From: Nitrospirota bacterium
GTDB taxonomy: Bacteria; Nitrospirota; Nitrospiria; Nitrospirales; Nitrospiraceae
DNA: 64,000 bases
Direction: 5' to 3'
NCBI GenBank assembly: GCA_963701855.1
Contig: CAVPBK010000006.1
Coordinates: 1-64,000, forward strand
The notes beneath the pieces were generated by a model. That model ran no database searches. It had not been told where the DNA came from and was given only the letters and a program-made list of their open reading frames with translations. This document shows, piece by piece, positions 63,201 through 64,000 of this stretch. The translations under genes and the position numbers were made by a program. Within the stretch, counting starts at the first letter, position 1, and every line of letters starts with the position of its first letter.

Positions 63201-64000
63201 ACCCCGCCCGCGATTGGTCGCAATTCCATCCGCCAACATCCGCACCACCTGATCGAACTCAGAACGAGCCAAGGCCCGATAGGGATCGGCCCGGCGGCAG
63301 AGATCGAACAGGTCGTCTTCCTGCCAGGTCTGCGTCGCTGCCGCTGCTACCAATTGCTGCGCCAAAATATCGAGCGGCGCCGACGGCACGGCAATGCGGT
63401 CCAAGACTCCTGTTCGAATCGCGCGCATCAGCGCCGCACATTCGAGCAGGTCATCCCTCGTCATTGCGAAGAGACGGCCCTTGGGAATGGCTTTGATCCA
63501 GTGACCGGCCCGGCCAACCCGCTGCAGACAGGTGGCAATCGCGCGAGGTGAACCGATCTGACAAACGAGATCCACGGCGCCGATATCGATGCCGAGTTCC
63601 AGCGAGGCCGTGGCGACAACGACGCGCGTCTTGCCGCTCTTGAGCCGTTCTTCCGCCGACAGGCGAATCTGGCGCGAAAGGCTGCCATGGTGCGCCGCGA
63701 CGGCATCGAAGCCTAAGTCCCGCAGCCGCTCTTCCAGGGAGTGCGATACTCGCTCAGCAAGACGCCTCGTATTGACGAAGACCAAGGTCGAGCGATGCTG
63801 CCGGACCAGTTCGGCGACGCGATCATAGACATCAGCCCAAATGGCGTTCGTGGCCACGGCACTGAGTTCGTCTTTCGGTACTTCCACGGCCAGATCCATC
63901 TCACGCTTATGGCCCACGTCGATGATGGTGCAAGGGGTAGAGCTGCTAGCCAACGGAAAGTGCTGAGTGCTGAGTGCTGAGCTAAGGACGCTTGCCGGTT
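60281..64000 (-). CDS. lhr: Lhr-family ATP-dependent helicase (5' end off window; one extra base at 61551-61554)
   Basis: FVNTRRLAE, HHGSLS, TASLELGIDIG and QRVGRAGH; removing one T gives GQFRP...EFCHRRLLARIHR and joins the two ORFs. Confidence 0.92.

Noticed and set aside
1..64000. CRISPR array
   Set aside because: No regularly spaced repeat-spacer run or cas gene; the repeats are dispersed hairpins.

Overview
GC-rich bacterial chromosomal window. Gene content and repeat types suggest Nitrospira or a relative (inference). The left ~9.3 kb is mobile DNA centred on a tRNA-Arg(CCT) gene at 7484-7560 (minus strand). On its 3' side is an integrative element that runs off the window start. It carries a Zn-finger/Toprim/AAA+ primase-helicase, an HTH-fused DNA methyltransferase, a serine resolvase, an Xis-like protein, a tyrosine integrase and a HEPN (RxxxxH) cargo gene. 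On its 5' side is a second, decayed islet with an integrase remnant and a secreted papain-fold protease, bounded by a displaced, decayed 5' half of the same tRNA. The working tRNA may therefore be a chimera of two element-supplied halves. The rest is mostly core genes: a GldAFG-like ABC system, rlpA, pycA/pycB-like carboxylase, tpx, sthA, tenA, thiD, prmA, a MutS-like ATPase, a sigma54 activator, aas, an ECF sigma/anti-sigma pair and an Lhr helicase. Small accessory patches hold toxin-antitoxin genes and a lipoprotein cluster behind a sigma54-type promoter. Intergenic DNA is densely filled with modular MITE/REP-like repeats (three families) and 6/7/9-mer tandem-repeat hairpins, and the 7-mers also sit in frame inside the Lhr gene. 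Many single-base frameshifts, concentrated in 1-6100, look like long-read errors. No CRISPR array or rRNA was seen.
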